From contig NC_068997.1 in the NCBI RefSeq assembly GCF_001194135.2, positions 2,681,735 through 2,745,734 of the forward strand: 64,000 bases of DNA, given 5' to 3'. Shown here piece after piece: positions 51,605 through 64,000 of the stretch. Below the pieces are notes generated by a model. It saw nothing but the letters and a program-made list of their open reading frames with translations, was not told where the DNA came from and did no database searches. The position numbers were made by a program, and so were the translations under genes. The stretch comes from Octopus bimaculoides. Lineage: Eukaryota. Numbering within the stretch: the stretch's first letter is position 1; the number at the start of each line of letters is the position of its first letter.

Positions 51605-51721
51605 GAAGGTCTTCTTCTTCTTCTTCTTCTTCTTCTTCTTCTTCTTCTTCTTCTTCTTCTTCTTCTTTTTCTTCTTCTTCTTCTTCTTCTTCTTCTTCTT
51701 CTTCTTCTTCTTCTTCTTCTT

Positions 51722-51750
<29 letters not shown>
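51605..51750. repeat. (TTC)n microsatellite
   Basis: Direct inspection. Confidence 0.97.
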
Positions 51751-51752
<2 letters not shown>

Positions 51753-52480
51753 ATGCTGCTGTTATTGTTATTCCTACCGTAATTATTATTATTATTATTA
51801 TTGACTCTCTGAGTGTGAAGACGTTTANNNNNNNNNNNNNNNNNNNNNNNNNNNNNNNNNNNNNNNNNNNNNNNNNNNNNNNNNNNNNNNNNNNNNNNNN
51901 NNNNNNNNNNNNNNNNNNNNNNNNNNNNNNNNNNNNNNNNNNNNNNNNNNNNNCCTACCCACAGTACCTGGTAGGTAGAGAAAAAACAAACCCAAACTGT
52001 TTGTTTTATGAACTTTTAAAACGTATTTATTGACTCACATCAAAAAATGGCAGCCAAACATTGATATGCCACAGGACCGAACACTGAAACAGGAAACGAC
52101 GAAAAAAGAAACCGACTCGAAATCAAAAGAGAAGAACATTGTGAACGAAAAGGAGACAGTGAACAATTGGCCGATTGTTAGATAAAAATAAAAAAGAAAT
52201 ACCTCCAATACTCGAACAAGTAACTTTGAAGATAACATTAATAATAATAATAATAATAATAACGACTACAACATGACCCTTCCACAAAGTCAAACACTAT
52301 AACTCGTTCATAAAATACTTGTGTGAGAGTGAATCTTCTCTCAATACAAACTGAATAAACAAACTTTTTGATCTGTCATAGTTTCTAGAAGAAAATATGT
52401 GGTTGGTAAAATTTTGTTTGGTGAAACAGTATTTCTTTTCCACAGGATCTACTCCAGGAGAGAAAGAGAGAATAAGAGAA

Positions 52481-52560
<80 letters not shown>

Positions 52561-53166
52561 GAAAAATTATATAACTGTGCTGCTGTAAGGAAGGGAGCGA
52601 ACTAAAACTGCTCTCACAGTAAGTGTTCAATAAGTACTTCAAGAGATCTCGGAAGAAATAATCTCATCAGAAAAAGGGCAAAATTTATGGCACTATCTGC
52701 TGTACTTTTAAAACTGAAGCCACAGTAAAATCCCGCTGAAGTTGTCAGACATATTTCTGACTATACATTTGGACCCCAGTACATAAGTTGTTAAAATACA
52801 AGAGTGACGATCATGACACTGGAAACGGCGTAGCTCCATGACGTGTGGTGACTTAGACACGTAGCACAGGCGAGTGGTGAAGCCAGACAGAGAGCATGAG
52901 GTTGATAATAGACGACACGGCAGTCTTGTGGCTGCACTTGTTGAAGCATGAATCACTGAAGAAGCTAATTGCATTTAAGAAACTGAAATAATCAAGGACA
53001 ACTGAGCCAAAATAAAGAACAACGATGCCATTTTCCAGAGAACTATCACCCAAAACCTTTCAAGATGTAAAGAGAAATCTCTTTCTGATTAATATTAAGA
53101 ATTAATAAACAAATAAGCCATCCTCTAATATTGCCTACCAGTGGTACCATTCCTATATCATACATT

Positions 53167-53378
53167 CTTTTCTACTCTAAGCACAAGGGCCGAGATTTTT
53201 GGGAGGGGGGCAGTCAATTAGATCGACCCCAGTGCGCAACTAGTACTTAATTTATCGACCCTGAAATTATGAAAAGCAAAGTCGATCAAGACAGAATTTG
53301 AACTCAGAACGTAAAGACAGACAAAATATCACTAAGCATTTCGCCGGCGTGCTAAAGATTCTGCCAGCTCGCCGCTTT
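53167..53378 (-). mobile_element. SINE family A with an 18-bp target-site duplication
   Basis: Full head to tail; attcc(t/a)atatcatacatt at 53149-53166 and 53381-53398. Confidence 0.92.
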
Positions 53379-53567
53379 GAATTCCAATATCATACATTAA
53401 GCAAATAATAATAGCTACAAGTGAAAATCTGCAAACTGTTGGACAAAATACGGAAGAAATACAAAAGCAATATATAACAATAATAATAACAAAAATGATA
53501 ATAATGATAATATCAAAGCTTGCTCATAAAAAAAACGACCGGGCAGACGTTCTTCACAACGGTTCCT

Positions 53568-53655
53568 ACCTAAGTGTAGATTCTGCGACACATTTGACGA
53601 AACAATACACTATCTCGTCTCGGGATCTCCTGTGCTGACACCAAACGAATACAAA
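53568..53655 (+). mobile_element. CCHC zinc-knuckle fragment of an RLE-clade (R2/R4/Dong) LINE
   Basis: KCRFCDTFDETIHYLVSGSPVLTPNEYK matches 'CRxC...ETIxHxxSGCxxL...EY'; followed by (ATT)n. Confidence 0.75.
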
Positions 53656-53689
53656 ATTATTATTATTATTGTTATTATTATTATTATTA

Positions 53690-53768
53690 TGTTGTTTTTT
53701 GCTTCTTTCTTCAAATTTTCTTCCATTTCTCGCCGAGTGTTTTCCGTACACCTAGGGCAGAGAAACTG
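53690..53768 (-). mobile_element. Probable LINE 3' end with (AAT)n tail
   Basis: Minus strand ...gtttctctgccctaggtgta...gaaagaagcaaaaaacaac(ataat)n; embedded in ATT tracts on both sides. Confidence 0.45.
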
Positions 53769-53770
53769 TT

Positions 53771-53829
<59 letters not shown>

Positions 53830-55029
53830 TCATGACAATTCACAGTTGCTGGGTATGATGGAAAGTGTCAGCTGTCCACAACGAGCAGACTAAGATGACA
53901 CTTGTTTGTTGGTCATGCTTCAAGAACCCTGCCAAGAATTCTTGCAGTTCCAAGCAGTTCTGAGACAGACATATCTTACTGGAATGTATCACAAGGGCAC
54001 GCACAAGCCTTCAAGTAACGTACCTTTAGCTCTCCGGCTTCACGAGCAATTTGTTTACTTCAAGAGAAAAATTATGTAGAGTCCTCACAGAATTGTTGAA
54101 TGAAATCTCCTCTTCTTCTCTTTCTCGCCCTACACTCTCTTCCTTTCCCCTACACTCCCCTCCTCTCACCTACACTCTCTTCTTCTCCCCTACACTCTTT
54201 TCCTCTCCCCTTTCTTTCTTGTCCGAATCTACAGAAATACCTCAGATTTGTTGCATAACAAACAGGAGCAAGCTTTAAAAAACCCACAGGACCCGAAGAA
54301 AGATATACAAAAGCGAGCAACAACGAAACCGACCAAATGGAAGAAGAAAGCAACGAACAGAATAAATAACGTAAAGAATTCTCTAACGATTTCACTAATT
54401 TACCGCCTTCAGTAATGTCTGGAACATCTTTGATCAGCTCGATTGGATCAAGTTATGCCCAGGGCTAAGCGACAACAGGGAAGGACACATTAGCTAATGT
54501 AGTATTAGGTTTGATCTTTCTGATTAAATAGAAAAATGAGGTGGCCATGTTTTGAAAACCTTTGATCAAGAGTTTGCTGTGTCAAGGAGACTTGGGGCTA
54601 AACAAAAAGAACGGTGACAATAACAGCAACAACAGCAGTAGTAGTATCAACAACGACAACAACAAATTCCAACAGCAACAACAACAACAACAACAAAAAC
54701 AATATGAATAAAAACCAACAAAAGATTGATGTAATCAAAAGATAAACTAAAGCCTTAACCACGTGTTTATTTCGATTCGTTAATGTGTTTTTTGTAATAA
54801 TATGACGGATATTACGCAGGTAGGTTATAGAAAGACAATAATGTCGGAAATATAACAGCTTTGAGAAACTAATATATTCTCTTCTCGATAATAAATTGCT
54901 GTTGTTGTTGTGTCCTTAAATTTCCCATTTTATAGTTTTTCTTAAAAAAGTTACTTCTTTTAGCAAATTTTTCGCCTTTCATTTGATATTTATCTTCTCT
55001 ATTAAACTGGCGTATCTAACTATATACCC

Positions 55030-55119
<90 letters not shown>

Positions 55120-55124
55120 GTCTG

Positions 55125-55157
<33 letters not shown>

Positions 55158-55699
55158 GTCTATCTATCTATCTACCTACCTACCTATCTATCACACTATC
55201 TCGTCTTTACATCTCTCCTTTATAGCGTATTTTTTTCGTTCAAATTTCTTTTCTTTCGTCTCTTCTCTCCACTTTCTCAGTCTCTCACTTCTCTTCTACT
55301 TAGCCTCTCATTCTGTTTTGAATATATTTACTGATCATAGAATAAAAAATGACNNNNNNNNNNNNNNNNNNNNNNNNNNNNNNNNNNNNNNNNNNNNNNN
55401 NNNNNNNNNNNNNNNNNNNNNNNNNNNNNNNNNNNNNNNNNNNNNNNNNNNNNNNNNNNNNNNNNNNNNNNNNNNNNNNNNNNNNNNNNNNNNNNNNNNN
55501 NNNNNNNNNNNNNNNNNNNNNNNNNNNNNNNNNNNNNNNNNNNNNNNNNNNNNNNNNNNNNNNNNNNNNNNNNNNNNNNNNNNNNNNNNNNNNNNNNNNN
55601 NNNNNNNNNNNNNNNNNNNNNNNNNNNNNNNNNNNNNNNNNNNNNNNNNNNNNNNNNNNNNNNNNNNNNNNNNNTATATATGTATATATATATATATAT

Positions 55700-55742
<43 letters not shown>

Positions 55743-56781
55743 CAGAAAATAACTCACACGCATCACACCACACACAAACACGTGTGCACACACAAGCACA
55801 CATGCACATACACACACACACACACATAAATTTATATAAAAGCAGGAAAAAACATCAGAAAATATGTTGGAAACGAGTTTTATCGTCGTTCAACTGTAAG
55901 ACAAATATTTGGCTTCTTATAAGTTTTTCGTTTCATGTAAGACATTTTAGTTCGACATGACAGTCAATTGAACAACAACAGTAGCAACCACAACAACAAC
56001 AACAACATAAAAAACTAAAATAACAGTATCGACATCAATAATATCACAAACAACATCAACAACAACAAAAGCGACAGTTTTAGAAGATCGTTCTTTGCTG
56101 TTGTGTTTGTTTAGTGAGATGGCATAACAGTATTTCTGTGAGATCGGTATCACATGGTTCTGTGTTCAAACCGAACGGCGTGTGCTCTATCAAATAAACT
56201 AAGACTATTACGTGAATAGAACATACACTTGGGCGCTCTTCTATTGTACGGTACAGGATTTAATGAAGGAGCATCAGCCTGGTCTCTCACTCCGCTAGAT
56301 ATAGTAATCAAGCTTCACTGAAACCACACCCTAGTGTCTTCGAAGTACATTTTGAATAATGTAGTGTTAGATACACTATGAATGAATAAAAGATGGCGTA
56401 GTCACTGCTGAAATCGTTTTGATAATAGGCCTGCTTAGTTACGGTTGACCTGGAGCTAAAAAAAAAAACAAGCAGGTAGAATAAATTACATAACGTAATT
56501 TGAAGATAAATAATCTGAAAAAAAAAATGGATTCGTCACGGATGGAAGATTTTAAACCATAGATCTGCAGGATAAGAAATAACTTGGAACTAAATAACAA
56601 TTAGGGACTCATTAGATAATATTGCTTCATTTATTACTTCTGACCCCCCCCNNNNNNNNNNCAAAATGTATGTCCCTAGTCACATGATGAATAAACGCTC
56701 ATTTGAGATTAGACAAGAGCAAGAATGACAAAATCAATGACAAATAGAGCATCAGTATATACTACCATTGTTTCGTACAAT

Positions 56782-56972
56782 AAAGCAGCGAGTTGGCAGA
56801 GTCGTTAGCAGGCAGGGCAAAATGCTTAGCGGCGTTTAGTTAGTTTACACATTTTGAGTTCAAAATCTGCCGAGATCGACTTTGCCTTTCATTATTTCAA
56901 GATCGATAAAATAAGTACCAGTTGAATACTGGTGTCGATATTGTTGGCCTTGTGCTGAAATTTGGCACCACT
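56782..56972 (+). mobile_element. SINE family A with imperfect TSD
   Basis: aaagcagcgagttggcagagtcgttagc...gagttcaaaatc...gactttgcctttcat; flanks attgtttcgtacaat and attgttccgtatacaat. Confidence 0.85.
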
Positions 56973-58207
56973 ATTGTTCCGTATACAATGTGATGGTGTA
57001 TCTATACGAGAAGAAAGTATTACAACACTGCAAAGATCTTTGGAATGGTGAAATAAGTAGGGCAAGTCGTGCTGGTGATGGACGTGAATAACATGTCACA
57101 TTCCTAAAGAAAAAAATATTACGGCCACAGATGGAAGGTTTTTTAAAACACGTTCTTACCCAACAAGGTCTCATATGCGTCGAAGTAATAACAAGAATTG
57201 TCTGTACATTTTTATTTAACCTTGTAGAAATAACAGCTAAATTTCTATCGAAATTACACATTATTATCTAAATAAGAATGTACAACGTATTTCTAGTGGT
57301 CATTGCTGGAGCGTATCGGATCATAGATCTACTCAAAACACGTCAACCTGGTAGCAATAAACAACCATCACAACAACATAAGCAGCCGCAACAACGGCAA
57401 CTACAGTATATTCACGATAGTAACAACAAGAACAACAAGAACAATAATAACGTGTGAAGTTATCTTTTTTATAGGAGATTCGATGACCAAATCGAACATG
57501 CGTTAAAATATGACACACGATCATTTAGCAATATTAAATACCTAACGTCTATATATGGAACACACACACACACACATACAAACACATACACACACATACA
57601 CACACACATACATACACACACACACAAACACACACACATCTATCTATCTATCTATCTATCTATCNNNNNNNNNNNNNNNNNNNNNNNNNNNNNNNNNNNN
57701 NNNNNNNNNNNNNNNNNNNNNNNNNNNNNNNNNNNNNNNNNNNNNNNNNNNNNNNNNNNNNNNNNNNNNNNNNNNNNNNNNNNNNNNNNNNNNNNNNNNN
57801 NNNNNNNNNNNNNNNNNNNNNNNNNNNNNNNNNNNNNNNNNNNNNNNNNNNNNNNNNNNNNNNNNNNNNNNNNNNNNNNNNNNNNNNNNNNNNNNNNNNN
57901 NNNNNNNNNNNNNNNNNNNNNNNNNNNNNNNNNNNNNNNNNNNNNNNNNNNNNNNNNNNNNNNNNNNNNNNNNNNNNNNNNNNNNNNNNNNNNNNNNNNN
58001 NNNNNNNNNNNNNNNNNNNNNNNNNNNNNNNNNNNNNNNNNNNNNNNNNNNNNNNNNNNNNNNNNNNNNNNNNNNNNNNNNNNNNNNNNNNNNNNNNNNN
58101 NNNNNNNNNNNNNNNNNNNNNNNNNNNNNNNNNNNNNNNNNNNNNNNNNNNNNNNNNNNNNNNNNNNNNNNNNNNNNNNNNNNNNNNNNNNNNNNNNNNN
58201 NNNNNNN

Positions 58208-58239
<32 letters not shown>

Positions 58240-58908
58240 AATATATGTGTAGTTGTGCACATATACATCTGTATATGTGTATATATACGTACGTTTAAAA
58301 ACACTCAGACATACATACGCACACACAAGTACACACACATACAGACACACACATGCACACATGCAGGCACACACGCAAGCACGCACGCACGCATGCGCAC
58401 AGAAATACGCACATACATAATTGACGGAATTTTTAGTATAGAAATGTGATTTGCAAGTTTCAGGAGGAATTTGCTGGCAAAAACTGAATTAAACAGGAAA
58501 AACCAGGAGAGTGGCTTCTTTTCAACTAATGACTTTCCTTTAGTGGCTGTATCCAATTCCATTGTAGGAAAAGTTGGTTGTAAAACGATTCTTGACTGAT
58601 TTTTGATATTCTTTTATGTTAGATTGTTCTGTATTGTATTAAGCTGTGTTAGACAGAGTGTTGAGACGAACGAGAAACTGGAGAGTGAGGATAAGGGGAG
58701 AGAATGGGTGCTGAGTGTAGTGATACATGATTAAAGAGAGAGGAGAGGGAGAGGGAGAGGGAGAGAAGTTAAGATCGTTAGACAGTGAGTAGAGGAGGGG
58801 CAGACAAAGAATCAAAGTTGAGTGCCTGCACCCAGACAGAGACTGAAGAGAGAGAAGGATGGTGAAATATATACCTACCTACCGGGAGAGAGAGAGAGAT
58901 ACAAAGAG

Positions 58909-58944
<36 letters not shown>

Positions 58945-59175
58945 NNNNNNNNNNGAGAGAGAGAGAGAGAGATAGAGAGAAAGAGAGATAGAGAGAGAGA
59001 GAGAGAGAAATTAAAAGGAAGAGATACTGAAGGATGTATACAGTGAGTCAAGAGAGAAAATGAAAAATAAGAGAGATAAAAGGCTGAGAAAGTGAAAATG
59101 GTTTGAGTTGACAAAGGAGTTGAGTAAGAAAGACAGAACCAATGTTGAATGAATGGCATACTGTCAATCAATCAG

Positions 59176-59230
<55 letters not shown>

Positions 59231-60510
59231 GTGTGTCTGTCTGTCTGTCTGTATATATATATACACACACACACGTATATATACATATCTATATATACAC
59301 AGATAGATAGATAGATATACATACACATATAGATATAAATATATATGCATATATAAATAATACATATATGTATATACACACACATATATATACATACATA
59401 TATACGTACATAATACATATGTGTGTGTATAAATGTGCGAGCGTGTGTGTGTGTTTAGTGATAGAAGCAGGAAAATATATGATGTATGTTCTGATAGGAT
59501 AGANNNNNNNNNNATATATACACATATATGTATATACACACACATATATATACATACATATATACGTACATAATACATATGTGTGTGTATAAATGTGCGA
59601 GCGTGTGTGTGTGTTTAGTGATAGAAGCAGGAAAATATATGATGTATGTTCTGATAGGATAGAAAATCGGTGTTCGATTGGAACCGAATCCCTGACAATC
59701 TACAGTCTTGAAGTGGAGCGTTGAAGAAAACGCAAAGTTCATTGGTGCAGAGACTTCAGGTAGATCATTTCTAAAGCCTGTGTGTAAGTCATATGAAGCG
59801 TAACGTGTAATGCAATGGAGACATTAGCTAAAGGGCAGCGTTTTTGGTGACAGCAGCATGAAAGGTCAAGAGAAACAGCGAGCGATTACAACATATATAT
59901 CTTCTGTATAGCTTAATGGTAGTTATTCACTATGGGTAAACATTTGAGAGTCATGTTTGCAATGCGCAGTTACACAAGGCGTGTAATTTCTCTCGTCTTG
60001 AAACATCCAGATAAAACGGAATAGACAGGCTGAAATTTCCCTGTTCCCTGACGTGCAATTATGTACATGCTAAGTCAAAATTCTTTTGAAGCATTTAATT
60101 GCATGTACTGCGTAGATCCTCAGAATAGGATAAGATAGGGGAAAATCATTTGGTAAAGCACTGTCCTAAAAATATAGACTACCCTCAGTAAATAGGCGTA
60201 TCAATTTAGGCAGTTGCAGGTATGTGTTTGAGATAAAGGCTGCGTAGATGTATACTTTTTTCTATTAAACTGTACGATTTGGAAGTGATATCAAGGCAAA
60301 AACAACTAATTTTAACGTTATGTATATTAAAATAGTTGCCGTATTTATTTGTGTTTGGAAGTGTTTCTAATTCTAGATAACAACCAAGGTAAGTTCTTGG
60401 AAACACCTCGAGAAATATCAGAAGAAACAAAACTTTTTTCTATTCCTGATTCTCTCCGGAGGTGATAGTTAGGAATCTACTGTATACTTTCATTTCTCAT
60501 TAAATGGAAG

Positions 60511-60560
60511 CCTAACCCTAACCCTAACCCTAACCCTAACCCTAACCTTAACCCAAACCC
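60511..60560. repeat. Interstitial telomere-motif tract (CCCTAA)n
   Basis: Six perfect CCTAAC units followed by two degenerate units. Confidence 0.9.
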
Positions 60561-61005
60561 AATAACGTCTTCTTCTAATGCGGTACAACTATTTCCAGTC
60601 TATTTCTACTTGACAAAAAATGGAGACCCGTCTAGAGATTCCATCTAACAAGTTTCTAATCATAGCCAATGGGGTGGAATTCCACAGTGCTCGCTTCTGG
60701 GTTTCTATAAGGACGCACTTGTTTCACTTACGGTCTAAATTAAAGCACGAAACGTTGACCGTGGCTTGATGTGCAACGAAGCAGAGATTGTGGACTTCGT
60801 TGGATTATTTATTCTGAAATGCATCAAGAAATGCACAATCTCCTCACAGCTCAGGTTTGTACAGAGATTATGGTTCTGCAATTCCAGATAAATTGAAGGT
60901 CACAACATGGATAGATTTCGAGAAATTTTAATAAGATTTTTCAAGAAGTTAACTTTAACATCACTGTCATTTCATACATTCGTACAGACAAACAATCATA
61001 TAATG

Positions 61006-61073
<68 letters not shown>

Positions 61074-61560
61074 CACACACATATGCAAACATATATACAT
61101 ATAATGTGTATATGTATTTACATATGTATGCATATGCGCATATGTATATACACACACAAACGCACACTTATAAGTATGCATACATGTATGAGAGTATACA
61201 TACATATATACATACATACATACATACATACACGTACACACTAACACACACCTACGTTCTGAGTGCAAAGAGTCTCACTCCATCCTCACCATGGTAACGG
61301 AAGTATGTTATTTACTAACAAAGTGCTTCCTAACCGATTGCCAAATTTTCTTTTACTTATGCAGTCTTACAACACTGGAATCGGGTTTACCAAACACTCA
61401 GCAGACTTAGTAATTGGAAGCTTGCAGTGCAGTCTCTGCAATTCCGATAGTCAAGAAGATCTGAAGAATGGATATTGGTTTTATATCTCTCTGCCTCTTG
61501 TATAGATGTTGTAATGTTGTTTGGTTTCATAAACTTATCTCTTTATCTCTCCCTCCCTTC

Positions 61561-61602
<42 letters not shown>

Positions 61603-61817
61603 GTTCTTTCCCCACTTTCTCATACACAGACCAGGAAACACTCATACACACAGTATCTCTCCCTACCTTCTCCCCATCTCTCTCTCTCTGTCTCTCCCAG
61701 ACACACAGATGTGATATAGCAAGAAAGTGTGAGTCGGAAAGAGGGAGCGATGTCTTGCTATACATTAACAATAGTTTGTATGTCTACTTATATTTTGAAC
61801 TAGGAAATGATAATGTA

Positions 61818-61819
61818 GA

Positions 61820-61882
<63 letters not shown>

Positions 61883-61915
61883 GGTAGGTAGATAGGTAGA
61901 TAGATAGATAGATAA

Positions 61916-61994
<79 letters not shown>

Positions 61995-62000
61995 CAGACG

Positions 62001-62040
<40 letters not shown>

Positions 62041-62041
62041 C
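61818..62041. repeat. (GATA)n/(GA)n microsatellite
   Basis: Direct inspection. Confidence 0.97.
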
Positions 62042-62494
62042 ATTTCTTTGGAAAGGGATCGTAGGAAGGAAAAAAGGGGGGAGTTCGATCAAAAGGGACC
62101 GAGAGAGAAAAAAAAGCGATCAATAGGGATCGTGTATCACAGTAATNNNNNNNNNNNNNNNNNNNNNNNNNNNNNNNNNNNNNNNNNNNNNNNNNNNNNN
62201 NNNNNNNNNNNNNNNNNNNNNNNNNNNNNNNNNNNNNNNNNNNNNNNNNNNNNNNNNNNNNNNNNNNNNNNNNNNNNNNNNNNNNNNNNNNNNNNNNNNN
62301 NNNNNNNNNNNNNNNNNNNNNNNNNNNNNNNNNNNNNNNNNNNNNNNNNNNNNNNNNNNNNNNNNNNNNNNNNNNNNNNNNNNNNNNNNNNNNNNNNNNN
62401 NNNNNNNNNNNNNNNNNNNNNNNNNNNNNNNNNNNNNNNNNNNNNNNNNNNNNNNNNNNNNNNNNNNNNNNNNNNNNNNNNNNNNNNNNNNNNN

Positions 62495-62760
62495 AAGCAT
62501 TCACTAGACAAGACTTCCCTTTCTACTCTCACCTTCCTCTTCAGATGATACTTGAAGTTGACGAGAGATTGCCCAGAGAGGAAAGTTTTTGTCTCTAGAC
62601 CTTTCAGACGCGTCCACCATACACATTCTTTCGCCATAGCCACAAGTACGATGAAAATAGCTCTTCCTTCCCGTTTAAAAGAAGGAGGCGCGACAATATT
62701 CACGATAGACTCGGCTGATAAACCGACTCGTCCCACACGCGATAGCAGTTGTTCGACGTA
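62495..62760 (-). mobile_element. Tx1/L1-clade LINE ORF2 C-terminal fragment
   Basis: YVEQLLSRVGRVGLSAESIVNIVAPP...AKECVWWTRLK...KYHLKRKVRVER; resembles the L1/Tx1 C-terminal 'W..VE.LL...K..VW..R' region. Confidence 0.7.
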
Positions 62761-63641
62761 TAGATAGATAGACAGACAGACGGTTAGATAAAAAACAAAG
62801 GGGAGGCTCCACCATTTGTGATACACCATGAGATCATAGATGTAGATTAGTAGCAGAGTTTGTTTGCCTACGTGTGTTTACTATGGTATGTTTGAAAAGC
62901 GAGAGATGGTGTTGCGGTTTCAAATACGCTGTAGATAAAAGTCATTTCTAAAAAATCTATGATTAAAGATGTTCTAGGATAATGTGTTGGCGATTATACG
63001 GACCTCAGTACATTACTGGTACTTGATGTTTACTCGAACCCAGAACAATAAACAAATGGACTTATCGCATAAAGAGAGATGATACCGTAATTTATTGTGA
63101 CACGCGATGGTGTCGCTTACTGCGTTAGATAAATATGGTGGCCTTATTGGAAGAACATAGGGAAACAATAAGATATCCAGAGCATATTGGGAGAGCCAGT
63201 GGCTCACACACTCATGTGAGCGCGTGCACGCACAGACGCGCGCGGGCACACACACACGCACACACAAATATGATAAGATAGTGAGTTGAAAATCTTCATT
63301 TAACTAAGGTTATCGTTGCAATTAAAAACAAAAATACCCACTAATTAGAGGTGATTATGGTCTATACACACAACAAGCAGGGCAGATAAGCTCAATAATA
63401 CGAGCGACCTCCAATTTTAGAAGACAAACGCAAAGCATTTAGGAGTGTGAAAATAAGCTGATGGAATCAACAGGTGTGTTCCTATCTCGTAGATCTCATC
63501 AGCGGAGCATATTTCCCTGAGCTGTTAAGACTGAAAACTGAAAAGTCGATGCTTCGATGTCACTACAAACTTTTCCTGTCAAAATTAAATTAAGTAGTAT
63601 TGCGTAAACCTTCACTTTAATGTTAAATTGATTTTATATAA

Positions 63642-64000
63642 CACTAGCAGAAATACCCGGCTTTGCCCGGGTTAAAGAGAATAATGAAATCTAAAAACGC
63701 CGTCTAGACTACGCAACCCTCAACTGTTAGTAGCTACGATACCATATTTCTACATTAATAACTCTCCAATCCATGCCAGCATGGAACATAGACATTAAGT
63801 GGAATGCCAGTCTCTCATCTAGGAGGGCCTTGAAATCAATGTTACCAACTGGGGACTATGTGTGTCGTAGTGATAATAAAAAGACCCAAAGGAGGTATGC
63901 AACGAAATAATTTTACTCAACACTTTGCAAGTGAATCAGTGGAGGCAAAGATGCGTCTCATTTACTTGACAATTTATGCACCACATTGCAGAAATCACAA
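63642..64000 (+). mobile_element. Probable Helentron/HINE-type rolling-circle element left end
   Basis: Begins ctagcagaaat-ACCCGG-ctttgc-CCGGGT, a terminal GC-rich hairpin in a T/A-rich context; right end not seen in the window. Confidence 0.5.

Noticed and set aside
59360-59663. ~145-bp perfect direct repeat
   Set aside because: Identical copies separated by a 10-N gap; an assembly artefact.
60687-60697. gtgctcgcttc, identical to the U6 snRNA 5' end, near CCAAT and TATA-like motifs
   Set aside because: Only 11 nt match, the downstream sequence is not U6, and TATA-Inr spacing is poor.
62545-62767. Strong + strand acceptor and 71-aa ORF
   Set aside because: All three frames after the acceptor hit early stops; the region is antisense to the Tx1-like fragment.

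Overview
Eukaryotic, AT-rich, repeat-dominated 64 kb window from a gapped short-read scaffold. There are dozens of N-runs, most flanked by microsatellites, and several 10-N gaps with duplicated overlaps. The SINE families and microsatellite load look like an octopus (coleoid cephalopod) genome; this is recognition from memory, not a database result. No host protein-coding gene, rRNA, tRNA gene or CRISPR array can be confidently identified, and nearly all listed ORFs are microsatellite or N-gap artefacts. Supportable content: three Tc1/mariner transposase relics, fragments of non-LTR retrotransposons (R4/Dong-like RT and zinc knuckle, Tx1/L1, RTE, CR1/L2), a faint Gypsy integrase, a Penelope-like piece with a degenerate hammerhead-ribozyme core, at least four tRNA-derived SINE families, a probable Helentron-type end, a short (CCCTAA)n tract and many simple repeats. 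The most interesting observations are: (1) a near-perfect 163-bp inverted SINE pair whose differences are almost all G-U-compatible on the + transcript, a candidate ADAR substrate; (2) the hammerhead-like motif and a foldback element carrying half of such a core; (3) a pile-up of (AAT)n-associated retroelements suggesting a Dong/R4-type microsatellite-targeted LINE/SINE system with tail-swapped SINEs; (4) a few unassigned candidate exons.
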